Source of the DNA: Eledone cirrhosa
Lineage: Eukaryota
DNA length: 64,000 bases
Direction of reading: 5' to 3'
Assembly (NCBI GenBank): GCA_964016885.1
Contig: OZ024743.1
Location: 236,282,001-236,346,000, forward strand
This document shows, in pieces, positions 13,925 through 27,400 of the stretch. The translations under genes and the position numbers were made by a program. Under the pieces are notes generated by a model, which did not search any database, was not told the origin of the DNA, and saw only the letters and a list, made by a program, of their open reading frames with translations. Numbering within the stretch: the stretch's first letter is position 1; each line of letters starts with the position of its first letter.

Positions 13925-14082
13925 CAGACCTGGGCAACCTTTTAGTGCAGTGGGCCGCATAGGGTGTGACTCATCATAAAACGGGCCGCACTACTCAACA
14001 ATTCAAGACAGTTTTGAAATTAGGCGTCATTCACAAGCCAAACGGGCCGCATGCGGCACCCGGCGGGCCACAGCTTGCCCAT
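13925..14082. mobile_element. hAT-like MITE remnant
   Basis: cagacctgggcaac ... gcttgccca termini with gggccgca subterminal motifs. Confidence 0.5.
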
Positions 14083-14204
14083 AACTGTTGTAAACTAATA
14101 GTTCTCTCCAGTCAGATCAATGGCTTGTCTTGTAAACTATCAACACTGCAGGCTTATGTTTGATCTAATTGATCTTTGTTAAGTAGGATCAATATTATTG
14201 GACT

Positions 14205-14762
14205 CATCCGATAGGTATAAATGGTATATTCCGGTTTCAGTGGACTCTCCTACTAGCTATAAATAGATTCCCCCTGTAGCTATCAATGGACTATTCTGGT
14301 AGCTATAAATGGATTCTCTCGATAGCAATCAATGGACTCTCCCGGTAGGGTATAAATGAACTCTCCCTGTATCTATAAATAGACACTACCCGTAGGTATA
14401 AATATACTCTCCTAACCGATATAACTAAACTCTAATGGTAGCTATAAATGTATTCACCCGGTCGCTATAAATGGATTTTTCCAGTAGGTGTAAATATACA
14501 CTCCTAACAGATATAAATAGGATCTCCCAGTAGCTATAAATAGACTCTCTCTTTAGCTATAAATAGACTCATCCTGTAGTTATAAATAGACTCTCCCTTT
14601 AGCTATAAATGTACTCTCTCAGTAGTTATAAACGGACTCTCCCTTTAGCTATAAATGTACTCTCCCAGTATTATAAACGGACTCTCCTAGTACATATAAA
14701 TATGCCCTCCCTATAACAATAAATGGACTCTCCCTGTAGCTATGAATGGTTTCTCCCAGTAC
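14205..14762. repeat. Diverged minisatellite of about 23 bp
   Basis: tagctataaatrgactctccc units. Confidence 0.85.
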
Positions 14763-14881
14763 GTAACCTTAGACTTTGTCATTAACTTCTCTTTATTTCT
14801 CGTTTCCTGTTTTATTTCTTGTGTATTCTACATCTAATCGATATATCCTTGTATAATGTACATCTAATCGATATATATGTG

Positions 14882-15208
14882 AAGGTGAGTAGCTTTGTGG
14901 TTAGGGTATTCGGCTCACAAACGTAAGGTCGTGAGTTCGAATCCCGGGCCTGGCGGCGTGTTGTGTCCTTGAGCAACACACTTTATTTCACGTTGTTCCA
15001 GTTTACTCAGTTGGCAAAATGAGTTGTACCTGTAATTTGAAGGACCAGCCATGCCACATTCTGTGTCACGCTGAATCTCCCTGAGAACTACGTTAAGAAC
15101 ACGCGTGTCTGTGGAATGCTCAGTCACTTGTATGTTAATTTCACGAGCAAGCTGTTCTGTTGATCTTATGAACTGGAACACTCATCGTCGTAACCGATGG
15201 AGTACTAG
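14882..15208 (+). mobile_element. tRNA-derived CORE-type SINE, near full length
   Basis: B box gagttcgaatccc, then gtgtccttgagcaacacacttt. Related copies at about 53650-53775 (-), 56400-56605 (+) and 59440-59595 (-). Confidence 0.8.
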
Positions 15209-15547
15209 TTATAATCGATATATGTTATGGATAATTAAACAAAGTAGCAGAAAACCATCCATCGGGATAATTGAACAAAGACTGCGTTACATTGTTTTAT
15301 GTAATCAGTAACGTAATCCATGATACATTAAAAAAAGACGATATTATATATAAACTGCATTAGGAGAAAATTAGTGACGGAAATATATGAATGTTTATTT
15401 AAACGATCGCTAACCGGAAGTGTTGACATTTGAGAATTTTAAAGAAGTGAATCTTAAAATAAGCAACAATATTATTTATATTTAATCAACAGCCACGAAA
15501 TTTACTAGATAAATTATGTAATATTCATTCATTATTTATTCAAAGTA

Positions 15548-15725
15548 GGGCGGTGAATTGGCAGTATCGGTAGAGGGTTGGACGCTAGCATAGTTACGTC
15601 CCTTTACAGTCTGAGTTCAAATCCCGCCGATGTTAACTTTGCCTGTCATCCTTACGGGGTCGATAAAATAAAGTACCAGTAATGTACTGGGTAATTGCTG
15701 GCCTTGTGCCTAAAGTAGAAACAAT
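15548..15725 (+). mobile_element. tRNA-derived Nin/Deu-domain SINE with target-site duplication
   Basis: B box gagttcaaatccc; Nin-like tcatccttacggggtcgataaaataaagtaccag; TSD attatttattcaaagta on both sides. Many more copies (31293, 46555, 51610, 52358, 54400, 55490, 56714, 58965). Confidence 0.85.
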
Positions 15726-16139
15726 TATTTATTCAAAGTAATCCAACTTATTTTACTAACGGGATAACAAATTATATTCTGGATGCAGTCCCGCACTCCT
15801 TTCTTTATTATAGTTAAGATACACACATATATATGTATTATTGTTTTACTTGTTTCAGTCATTAGACTCCAATTATGCTGGGACACCAAAGAGGTGTGAT
15901 CGATCATATCGATCCCGGTACATATTTTGTTCAACTCTGCCACTTATTATATCAGTCTGTTTTATTAAACGACTTAATGTTATGAGGTATAGACTGAGAC
16001 AGAGACACAAACGAGTCTCACAGACGATGCTGACTACTGTTTCTATTCTCAATGGTGTTATACATACAACTTGTTCAAAGTATGAGTGAAGGTGGGATGG
16101 GAAGATGAAATGTGGGACGTCTGAACGAGTATCCTCTAT

Positions 16140-16445
16140 CTCAAACTAACTTGCTCTTCACCTCTTGGTCCCGACTGCCGACAGGATGGAGAATACATTA
16201 CTCCGGCGAACGATAGGGAAAATACGATGGAACAACCACTCTACCTCTCGGAGCTCGCACCTGCGGGCACCCAACTCCGCTCCAATAGCAGTGAGTAAGG
16301 ATGTGTTCCGGTGGTCAAAAACGCCGGAAGTCTCCACTGCTACGGTCTTTACCACAATCGTATCTGAGAGCGGCTGATACTTGGACAGATTACCCTCTTC
16401 GGCCTGGCGGGCAACAGAGCCTGGGCTGGTAGCTGAACGCACAAC
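16140..16445 (-). mobile_element. CRE-clade non-LTR retrotransposon 3' fragment (RLE C-terminus)
   Basis: PGSVARQAEEGNLSKYQPL...AVETSGVF...WLFHRI..RSNVFSIL matches the CRE AE..K..KY / ET.G / QR.S.A..RGNA motifs. Confidence 0.75.
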
Positions 16446-16535
16446 TATTTTCCAAAGTCAAAAACCTACGTTGAAGCAGTTAAATTTAAGCTAACACATT
16501 GACAATTCATAATTCGCTCACGCTTCTGAAAATGT

Positions 16536-17105
16536 ACATACATACATGATGCCCCCCCCCCCCCCCTCGTTATAGAGTATGGCCATTGCACGATATACCA
16601 TTATTAGTAATTATTAATTAATTCCATCGTGCAATACCTGTGCGCAAGGATTTTTTTAAAGTGAAGAATCCCACTCTCTGAGCGACAGTAGTTATAACCC
16701 GAAAAGAAGAAAAGATCAACATCATCGGTAACTTCTGAGCCGCAGGTTTTATGTCGGAATTATCCCAGTTTCCTGAGTTGCTTTCTCCTAGAAGAATGCT
16801 CTGACAAAAGCTAGGGGTCCCTCACTCCTAGTGGTTTAACCGCGCGATTTCTATGTCCTCGCGCATATACATATACATACATATGTACATGTGTATATAC
16901 ATATTTACACATTTTTGGATGGCCGTTGACTCTTATGAGTTCTTCCGCCCTTTGTCAGGATTTGATTTTTGTCCTGCAGGGTGTCCAAAATCACTCTCTT
17001 CACCAAGTAAGCTTGGTGGGGTTGCTAGTTTAGTCGCCGACGACCCGACCATGCGACAGGTTGTACTGGACTACATGTTACCAGTAGTACTCAAGAGTGA
17101 CTCGA
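16536..17105 (-). mobile_element. RTE-derived non-autonomous element (5' UTR plus 3' UTR) with (TGTA)n tail
   Basis: 5' part homologous to 19740-19932; 3' part homologous to 24093-24133; bounded by (CATA)n on both sides. Confidence 0.55.
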
Positions 17106-17202
17106 CATACATACATACAAATATACATACATACATACATACATACATACATACATACATACATACATACATACATACATACATACATACATACATACAT
17201 AC
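17106..17202. repeat. (CATA)n microsatellite at the 5' junction of R4 copy 1
   Basis: Direct inspection. Confidence 0.95.
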
Positions 17203-19384
17203 TCTATAGGCAAGATCTCATACGGCTGTTTACAGAAGCCATTAAAGGCACACAAGAACTGCCCAGATGGTTATCAACTGCCACTACTCTCCTCATTCCC
17301 CAAAATAGCCAAACTACCCCTGCTAAAATTACGCCCAATAGCCTGCCAAAACATCATGTATAAATTATATACTGGGTACCTTAACCTGTTCTTACAGGAT
17401 CACTGTGCTACCAACAACATCATAACACCTGAGCAAGCTGGTGGAAAGAGGGAGGTGTGGGGCTGCATAGATCACCTACTAACTAATAAAATGATTCAAG
17501 AAAAAACAACAAAGAATCGCAGAAACATGACTGTGGTGTGGCTGGACTATCAAAAAGCATTTGATAGTGTACCTCATTGGTGGATTGTTAAGGCTTTACA
17601 GTTAGCCAAAGTCCCACAACCACTGGTAGCTGCTGTTGAACGTCTGACCAAGAACTGGTACACCAATTTGATCCTTAGAGGTGAGAAGGAGCAAGTTAAG
17701 ACTGATAAGATACATTACCAGAAGGGCACAGGGTGATAGCTTGTCAGTGCTACTCTTCGTTCTGTCACTAAATCCACTATCTTACCTACTCAGGAAACAA
17801 CGTGGACAAAGAAATGGGTCCAGAAGTATCTCCCATCTTTTCTTTGTTGATGACCTGAAGTTGTATGGGCCAAATATCAATGACATCAAGAAACAATTGG
17901 ACCTCATTACACAATTTTCAACAGACATCAAAATGAAATTTGGTGAGTCCAAGTGTGCATATTTGGCAGTAAAACTTGGAAGAGCTGTGCCCTCCTCTAG
18001 AAATCTAGAGATGAACGTCCTGATAATACAACCTCTACAGTCAGGTGACAACTACAGATATATTGGACAGGATGAGAATGTCAGATATGATGGACCCATA
18101 AATAAGGAGAGAACCAGAACTGAATACCTCAGAAGAGTAAAGAAAATATGGTCATCAGAACTGTCAGCGTACAACAAATACATTGCCCACAATACTTATG
18201 CTGTGCCAATTCTAACGCCAACATTTGGCCTGCTGAACTGGTCATTGCAAGAACTAAGTGAGATGGATGTTAGAACTCGCAAACTTCTCAGTGTTACTGG
18301 GAACTTTAACACCAATGGTGATGTGGAAAGGCTATACTTCTCACGCAAGGAAGGTGGCCGGGGTCTAAAATCCATATTAACATCATATGAGACCCGGATA
18401 GTAACACTAAATATCATTAGAATAGCCACTGATCTGGAGGAGAGATATGGAATAAAGCCTGATATAAATCTCTCACCCAGAAAAATCGGAAGATGTTCAA
18501 ACAAGATGAAAAAATTGACCAATTTACAGAAAAAGTTGTGCATGAATACTTGAGACGTAAAACACAGACCATAGAGGGGATAAACCACTCAAAAAGCTTG
18601 GCATGGAGTTCCGACAAATTTATGACATCACACCTTGAGGGATATCTCTATGCAATACAGGAACAAGAACTCCCTACCAAATATCTGCTGCACAAAAGGG
18701 GAGGGCCATCAGCTGACAATAAATGTAGGCTATGTAAAACAAAGATTGAGGATGTAAGCCACATTGCTGCCAGCTGCGAAAGAATGTCATCTCGCTACTA
18801 GTCCCCCCCCCCCCATGAGACACGATGGGATAGCTAGAACCATCTGGAACGCACTTCGGAAAACAAAATTAACAACAAACGAGGAAGAATATATTGAGAC
18901 AGATCGCACTAAGGAATACTGGTGGAACCTGAAAATAAAAACTGCCACCAAATTAAAGCACAACCGGCCTGATATTGTTGTTTGGGACCACACATTGAAA
19001 ACGTGTTCTGTTGTGGAGATCAGCTGCCCACTTGATGTAAAGGTTGTCAGAAAATTACAGGAGAGGGAGGACATCTACGGACCATTGATGAGGAGTTTAC
19101 AAATCCAGTATCCAAGATACACCTTTAGCTTCATACCCATCATTATTGGTGCTACGGGTTATATAGCAACCCGCTTGGACCAAAGTATGACTGAACTTGG
19201 ATTTGCGGACAAAGAGCGCAGCTCCCTAATTCATAGTCTACAAATGGCTGCGATAGCTGGCACCTTCAAAATTTGCAAAACATTCTTGCGATTCAAGGGA
19301 TGACAATATCTTTTCTTTTACAACCTTGCCACCAGGAAGGTGGCCGGCCAAAAAAATATACTCGAAATTAAGAGAAAGAGATAA
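17203..19384 (+). mobile_element. 5'-truncated R4/Dong-clade retrotransposon (family 1), frameshifted RT-CCHC-RLE ORF ending at 19303
   Basis: WLDYQKAFDSVPH, QGDSLS, HLFFVDDLKLY, CRLC..E...H....C, RHD, NRPDI, EISCP spread over several frames. Confidence 0.92.
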
Positions 19385-19390
19385 CATACA

Positions 19391-19932
19391 TCATGGCTGA
19401 AACTCACCTTCGAGTAATGCCATCACTTGACACTCAAGCGTGAGCATCACACACGTGACCCTTCAGTCCCGCCAGGTACCTCCCCTTGAGCAGCAATACC
19501 ATGCATCGCAAAAAAATGTCACATATCAAGCGATGCCTGTCCCTGAAACTTTTTAAAGTGAGGAAAGGCTTTGCATGGGGCCAATCCCATTCTCTGAACA
19601 TCGAATACATTTACACAAAAAGAAGAACTGGTTTACATCATTGGATGCAAACGAGGTCGCAGGTTTTATATCAGAGTGACCTTCTCCTAGAGAGATGTCT
19701 TAATGAAGACTAGGAGTCGCTCACTCTACAAAAAAACTTTAGTGGATGGCCGATAACTCTCCTGAGGTCCTCCGCGCTTTGACTGCTTTTGTTTTTCATC
19801 CATCAAGCTGTACACAATCACCCTCCGTACCAAGCAAGCTTGATGGGGGTTCCCGGTTTAGTCGCCGACGACCGGACCATGCACAAGTTGTATTGGGTTA
19901 AATGTTACCAGTAGAGCTGAAGAGCGACCTGA
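19391..19932 (-). mobile_element. RTE-derived non-autonomous element
   Basis: Minus strand ends in LAGLKGHV (RTE C-terminal zinc-finger-like). 5' region homologous to 16910-17105. (CATA)n on both sides. Confidence 0.55.
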
Positions 19933-19957
19933 CATACATACATACATACATACATAC

Positions 19958-22900
19958 CTCAGTCAACGCGATCAGTCGCATATTTTGGCGTAGGAGACTA
20001 TTTATTAAATTTAAGATGAATACTATCTCCGACAGTAAGGCCACAACTACAGCCAGGTTGAATAACTGGTTATCCTTTTAACTATCCCTTCTGAAAACAC
20101 CTTTTATTCGAATTCGTAGAGATATCGACTAAATACATAATTCATTTTACAAGGATTTGCTACAAACAGCATGGCTGAACACAACATCAACAAGAAAATT
20201 AAGGAAGTATCGAAGACAAATAACAAAGAAGGTAATCAAACTTTATTCAGTTGTAGCTACAGAAGAAACCGAAATTATAAATCGCATTTCTCTTGGAGTT
20301 GCGAACTTAATAATGATTTATTTAATTGTTATAAAATGGCAAAAAACAATCCCTCCATTGGCTATATGAATAGAATGAAGCTACACTGGGACGAAATGCA
20401 CCCAGAGCTAAATTATTTCACAGCGAAACAATTACGCCAACAAGCGACGTTTGTTGAACGTAAAAATAAGATAAATATTATTAATTGTAAGACCCCCACA
20501 ACAAACATGGAATCAACAACACGTGCTACAGATCGCCATGCTACTAGACTTCCTAGCAGCCAGGTCGAACAGCGCCTTGAAATAACTATGCCTGTACCAT
20601 CTAAGTCTACCTCGAATGCTGGGGAAAACACTATCGATAATAATAATAATCGAAGAAATAATAATAATAATCGAATAAATGTGACACCACGTATACCATC
20701 CGAGTCTACCTCGACTGTTGTGGAAAATACTATCGATAATGATAATCAAAAGTATAAACAATTGAAAATTTCCATCAACGAAATCTTCCAGAGAGAAATT
20801 AACTCATGTATAAATATCTCTCTGGCTGAACGTGTTAAAATGACAATGGTGAATAAAAAACCAAATAATGAAATACTACGTGTTATTGACGAAATAGGGG
20901 ATGAATATTTACGACGGATAAAAACCCCAACATTTTGGCAAATCAACGCCTGTTTATATGCCTTAGCAATGACAGTGAAGCATTATCTTGGTGATAGCAG
21001 AGATATTAACAAGAACAAAACACCACCAAAAATACCATCATATATAACTAAAATAGAAAAAAAGTGTGCTGACCTACGAAAAAACATAGGACATGTGATA
21101 ATGCTCCTTATATGCAAACAAACACAAAAAAACCTCACTCCTCACCAACAAAGAGGGAAAAATAAAATAGAGACGATGTTTGGTAACAGTAGAACCAGAA
21201 CTCTCCAATATAAGCTGATCACCCTCAAACAAGAATTGAGAGCTGTTAGCGAAAAACGCCGATACCTGAAGAAGGTAGATGAGAGAAAAATGCTTAATAA
21301 AAGATTCAGACGAAACCAAACATCAGTCTATAGAGATATGAAGGACAAAATAATAAGTATCACTGAGGCTCCATCCCAGAAAGACATAGATTCCTTTTGG
21401 AGAAAAATATGGGGTGAAAAGAAGAATTTCAACCAAGATGCAGTGTGGCTAAGAGAAATCCGAAAGAACTATTGCTCCTACACTACAACAAAAACATACG
21501 AAATAAGTGAGGGTACCCTTGAGACTGTGATAGGAAAACTCCAAGATGAGAAAACACCAGGAGGAGACATGATTGTCGGCTACTGGTACAAAAAACTAAT
21601 ATTCTATCGGAGGTATCTTACTGACCTCTACCAACAAGTTCTTAAGGGAGAAACACTTATACCAGAATGGTTGACATTAGCACAAACGTTACTGGTCCCC
21701 AAGAACAAAGACACCCACTTGGCAAAAAACTACCGACCAATTGCATGCCAGAACCTGATGTATAAGATGTATACAGCCTGCCTCAACCTATTCCTCCAAG
21801 ATCACTGTGAAAATAATAACATCATCACAGATGAACAAGCAGCTGGAAAGAAAAGGTTTGGGGATGTGCTGAACAACTCCTAATCAACAAAACTGCGATG
21901 TCGGAGGTGCGACAACTTAGGAGGAATATGACTACAGTCTGGCTGGACGACAAGGAAGCTGTCGATTCTGTTCCCAACTCTTGGATGATAAAGCCCTCCA
22001 ACTTGCTAAAGTCCCAGACATTATTGTCAGAGCCATAGAGAGGCTGTCTTCTTCTTGGGCTACTATCCTAAGGTTAAAGACAGAGAGGGAGGACTCTATT
22101 TTTACTGATAAAATAAAATATCGCAGGGGTATATTTCAGGGAGACAGTCTCTCTGTGATATTGTTCATCTTGTCATTAAACCCCTTGTCCTTTCTGCTCA
22201 AGAAATGTGAGGGATACATCATTGGCTCACAGGAGGACAGAAATACGAACCTAACCCATAATTTCTTTGTGGATGATCTGAAACTCTATGCCAAGAACAT
22301 GGAGGGGATGAAGAAAAATCTTGACCTGATTACAACATTCTCAAAGGATATAGGAATGGAGTTTGGCCAAGATAAATGCTCATATATGACTGTAAAGCGG
22401 GGAAAAACAACAACCCAATCTAGCACCATTGTCATCAATGGCCTAACTGTTTCACCGATATCTGATGAGGAGTGCTACAGATACCTGGAGATAGATAAGA
22501 ACATATCCTATAATGGTATCTGTACTAAGGAACGCGTAACCAGGGAATACTACACCCGATTAAGAAAGATCTGGTCATCGGAACTCTCTGCGCAAAACAA
22601 AACAGTGGCTCACAATGTGTTTGCTGTGCCTGTCCAAACACTAACGTTTGGAATACTCAATTGGACGATAGACGAAATCCGAGCAATTGATGTTAGAACT
22701 CTAAAAATACTGAACAACACCGGAAACTTCCACATCAACAGTGACATAGACCGCCTTTACTTGAAACGTAAGTAGGGAGGCAAGGGGATAACATCAGTTC
22801 AGACAGCATTTGAATGTCGCATCATATCCCTCCGACAACGTCTACGAACCTCGAAGCGAAGGAGGCCGTCTCTCGAGCAAGTCTATCTGCATGAAACAGA

Positions 22901-24075
22901 TAAGATCATGAGAGTTGGGAAGGAACTCCTCGAAAGATATTCCCTGTGTGATAATCAAAATCTCAAATTCAGGGAAGTCACTCAACAGTATCGCAGTGAA
23001 TCCATGGATGAAAAAGTGCATGCTTATCAGCAAAAAATCATGTATGGATATGTTGCCAGGAAGCTCCAGAATGAGAGTAATATAAATAAGGAAAGTAGTC
23101 TATCTTGGTCCAACAACCGCTATATTGGCTCCCACTTTGAAGGATACTCTTTTGCAATTCAAGAACAGGAAATCAACACGAAATACCTGATTCACAGAAG
23201 AGATAGGGATGCAGGCAAAACACCTAGATGTGACAACACGTGCAGGCTCTGCAGAATTAACATTGAAGATGTCACCCATGTCATAAGCAGCTGTCCAAAG
23301 ATGTCATCGCGGTACTATCTACCTATGAGGCATGATATAGTGGCCAAAACACTGTACAATGCAATCCGTAGAAAAAATAGTCCCGATAATTAACACATTA
23401 AAAGCTACAGCAATGTGGAAGACAGAAATATTCATAATATGAAAGAGTACTGGTGGAATGTTCCAGTAAAAACCCTAATAAAATGCAGGCATAACAGACC
23501 AGATATTATGATATGGGACAGAGAAAAGAAGGCATGCACAGTAGTGGAAATTAGCTGCTCAGCAGATGCCAATATAATATCAAAGATTAGTGAAAAGGAG
23601 AATATTTATGCAGAACTGATGAGAAATCTGCAGATACTCCACCCTGATTACACCTTCAGATTTATGCCTGTGATTATTGGGGCACTGGGGTATGTTAGTA
23701 ACTGCCTCAATACAAATCTTGAGAAGCTAGGCTTCATAGGAACAGAAAGAACACAACTAGTTAGGAAATTATAAGTACAATCCATTAATGGGACACTAAA
23801 AATATGTAAAACATTCCAAACATTTTGCATCTAATAACTGCATATACACATGTACAGATACAAAGCATTTACACACGCACACATACAACTCTAAACATAC
23901 ACATCCACACATACAATAACATCCATACCTGCACACACATGCAGAGATGCAGACATGCAGACATAATCTACCTAGTTGATGTTGTGTAAATTCCAATGAG
24001 AGAGTCTTGTGTCTATGTTAGAAACTGACTCTCTCTCTATTGGGAAAAATTTGTGAAATTATAAAACCGGAAGAA
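19958..24075 (+). mobile_element. Full-length R4/Dong-clade non-LTR retrotransposon (family 2, copy A)
   Basis: About 4.1 kb with 5' UTR, single ORF and 3' UTR stem-loop (gagagagtc/gactctctc). Starts and ends in (CATA)n. Confidence 0.93.
20171..23834 (+). pseudogene. Disrupted Myb-like/RT/CCHC/RLE polyprotein of about 1220 aa
   Basis: N-terminal W..E.N..L..CY...GY..RM...W....P; NYRPIAC; GIFQGDSLS; FFVDDLKLY; CRLC/H/C; RHD; NRPDI; EISC. Frameshift near 21855, stops at 22773, 23391 and 23772. Confidence 0.9.
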
Positions 24076-24092
24076 CATACATATACACATAC

Positions 24093-24380
24093 ATGATGGC
24101 TGCCCACTCGTTATCGTGTATGGTCATTGCACGTGAAAAAATATATATATATGTATGTATATTAATAACAACAATAATAATAATAATAACAACAATAATA
24201 ATAACGACAACAACAACAAAGATAATATACATATATATATATACACACACGCACGCACATAAACATATCTATACACACACACGATAGCAATTAACAGCGC
24301 TGCGATCGAATGTGACTTTGTAGCCCAGCCAATGATCTAAAATGTCTTGCACAGAGTCGGCAACCAAAACATTCACTGGG
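24093..24380 (-). mobile_element. RTE 3' remnant (C2H2-like finger plus 3' UTR) interrupted by microsatellite
   Basis: CRLCARHFRSLAGLQSHIRSQRC*; 3' UTR homologous to 16548-16592. Confidence 0.6.
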
Positions 24381-24401
24381 AATACATACATACATACATA
24401 C

Positions 24402-27400
24402 TCCATGAGTCAACGCGATCAGTCGCATATTTTGGCGTGGGAGACTATTTATTAAATTTAAGATGAATACTATCTCCGACAGTAATGCCACAACTACAGC
24501 CAGGTTGAATAACTGGTTATTCTTCTAACTATCCCTTCTGAAGACACCTTTTATTCGAATTCGTAGAGATATCCGACTAAATACATAATTCATTTTACAA
24601 GGATTTGCTACAAACAGCATGGCTGAACACAACATCAACAAGAAAATTAAGGAAGTATCGAAGACAAATAACAAAGAAAGTAATCAAACTTTTTCAGTTG
24701 TAGCTACAGAAGAAACCGAAATTATAAATCGCATTTCTCTTGGAGTTGCGAACTTAATAATGATTTATTTAATTGTTATAAAATGGCAAAAAACAATCCC
24801 TCCATTGGCTATATAAATAGAATGAAGCTACACTGGGACGAAATGCACCCACAGCTAAATTATTTCGCAGCGAAACAATTACGCCAACAAGCGACGTTTG
24901 TTGAACGTAAAAATAAGATAAATATTATTAATTGTAAGTCCCCCACAACAAACATGGAATCAACAACACGTGCTACAGATCGCCATGCTACTAGACTTCC
25001 TAGCAGCCAGGTCGAACAGCGCCTTAAAACAACTATGCCTGTACCATCTAAGTCTACCTCGAATGCTGGGGAAAACACTATCGATAATAATAATAATCGA
25101 AGAAATAATAATAATAATCGAATAAATGTGACACCAAGTATACCATCTGAGTCTACCTCGACTGTTGTGGAAAATACTATCGATAATGATAATCAAAAGT
25201 ATAAACAATTGAAAATTTCCCTCAACGAAATCTTTCAGAGAGAAATTAACTCATGTATAAATATCTCTCTGGCTGAACGTGTTAAAATGACAATGGTGAA
25301 TAAAAAACCAAATAATGAAATACTACGTGTTATTGACGAAATAGGGGATGAATATTTACGACGGATAAAAACCCCAACATTTTGGCAAATCAACGCCTGT
25401 TTATATGCCTTAGCAATGACAGTGAAGCATTATCTTGGTGATAGCAGAGATATTAACAAGAACAAAACACCACCAAAAATACCATCATATATAACTAAAA
25501 TAGAAAAAAAGAGTGCTGACCTACGAAAAAACATAGGACATGTGATAATGCTCCTTACATGCAAACAAACACAAAAAAACCTCACTCCTCACCAACAAAG
25601 AGGGAAAAATAAAATAGAGACGATGTTTGGTAACAGTAGAACCAGAACTCTCCAATATAAGCTGATCACACTCAAACAAGAATTGAGAGCTGTTAGCGAA
25701 AAACGCCGATACCTGAAGAAGGTAGATGAGAGAAAAATGCTTAATAAAAGATTCTGACGAAACCAAACATCAGTCTATAGAGATATGAAGGACAAAATAA
25801 TAAGTGTCACTGAGGCCCCATCCCAGAAAGACATAGATTCCTTTTGGAGAAAAATATGGGGTGAAAAGAAGAATTTCAACCAAGATGCAGTGTGGCTAAG
25901 AGAAATCCGAAAGAACTATTGCTCCTACACTACAACAAAAACATACGAAATAAGTGAGGGTACCCTTGAGACTGTGATAGGAAAACTCCAAGATGAGAAA
26001 ACACCAGGAAGAGACATGATTGTCGGCTACTGGTACAAAAAACTAAAATTCTATCAGAGGTATCTTACTGACCTCTACCAACAAGTTCTTAAGGGAGATA
26101 CACTTATACCAGAATGGTTGACATTAGCACAAACGTTACTGGTCCCCAAGAACAACGACATCCACTTAGCAAAAAACTACCGACCCATTGCATGCCAGAG
26201 CCTAATGTATAAGATGTATACAGCCTGCCTCAACCTATTCCTCCAAGATAACTGTGAAAATAATAACATCATCACAGATGAACAAGCAGCTGGAAAGAAA
26301 AGGGTTTGGGGATGTGCTGAACAACTCCTAATCAACAAAACTGCGATGTCGGAGGTGCGACAACTTAGGAGGAATATGACTACAGTCTAGCTGGACTACA
26401 AGAAAGCTGTCGAATCTGTTCCCCACTCTTGGATGATAGAGGCCCTCCAACTTGCTAAACTCCCAGACATTATTGTCAGAGCCATAGAGAGGCTGTCTTC
26501 TTCTTGGGCTACTATCCTAAGGTTAAAGACAGAGAGGGAGGACTCTATTTTTACTGATAAAATAAAATATTGCAGGGGTATATTTCAGGGGGACAGTCTC
26601 TCTGTGATATTGTTCATCTTGTCATTAAACCCCTTGTCCTTTCTGCTCAAGAAATGTGAGGGATACATCATTGGCTCACAGGAGTACAGAAATACGAACC
26701 TAACCCATAACTTCTTTGTGGACGATCTGAAACTCTATGCCAAGAATATGGATGGGATGAAGAAAAATCTTGACCTGGTTACAACGTTCTCAAAGGATAT
26801 AGGAATGGAGTTTGGCCAAGATAAATGCTCATATATGACTGTAAAGCGGGGAAAAACAACAACCCAATCTAGCAACATTGTCATCAATGGTCTAACTGTT
26901 TCACCGATATCTGATGAGGACTGCTACAGATACCAGGGGATAGATGAGAACATATCCTATAATGGTATCTGTAATAAAGAACGCGTAACCAGGGAATACT
27001 ACACCCGATTAAGAAAGATCTGGTCATCGGAACTCTCTGCGCAAAAAAAAACAGTGGCTCACAATGTGTTTGCTGTGCCTGTCCTAACACCAACGTTTGG
27101 AATACTCAATTGGACGATAGACGAAATCCGAGCAGTTGATGTTGGAACTCTAAAAATACTGAACAACACCGGAAACTTCCACATCAACAGTGACATAGAC
27201 CGCCTTTACTTGAAACGTAGGCAGGGAGGCAGAGGCCTAACATCAGTCCAGACAACATTTGAATGTCGCATCATATCTCTCCGACAACATCTACGAACCT
27301 CTAAGCGAAGGAGCCCGCTTCTCGAGCAAGTCTATCTGCACGAAACAGATAAGATCATGAGAGTTGAGAAGGATCTCCTTGAGAGATATTCCCTGTGTGA

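Noticed and set aside
14882-14960. tRNA genes at SINE heads
   Set aside because: A and B boxes are present but there is no full cloverleaf, and they continue into SINE body domains.
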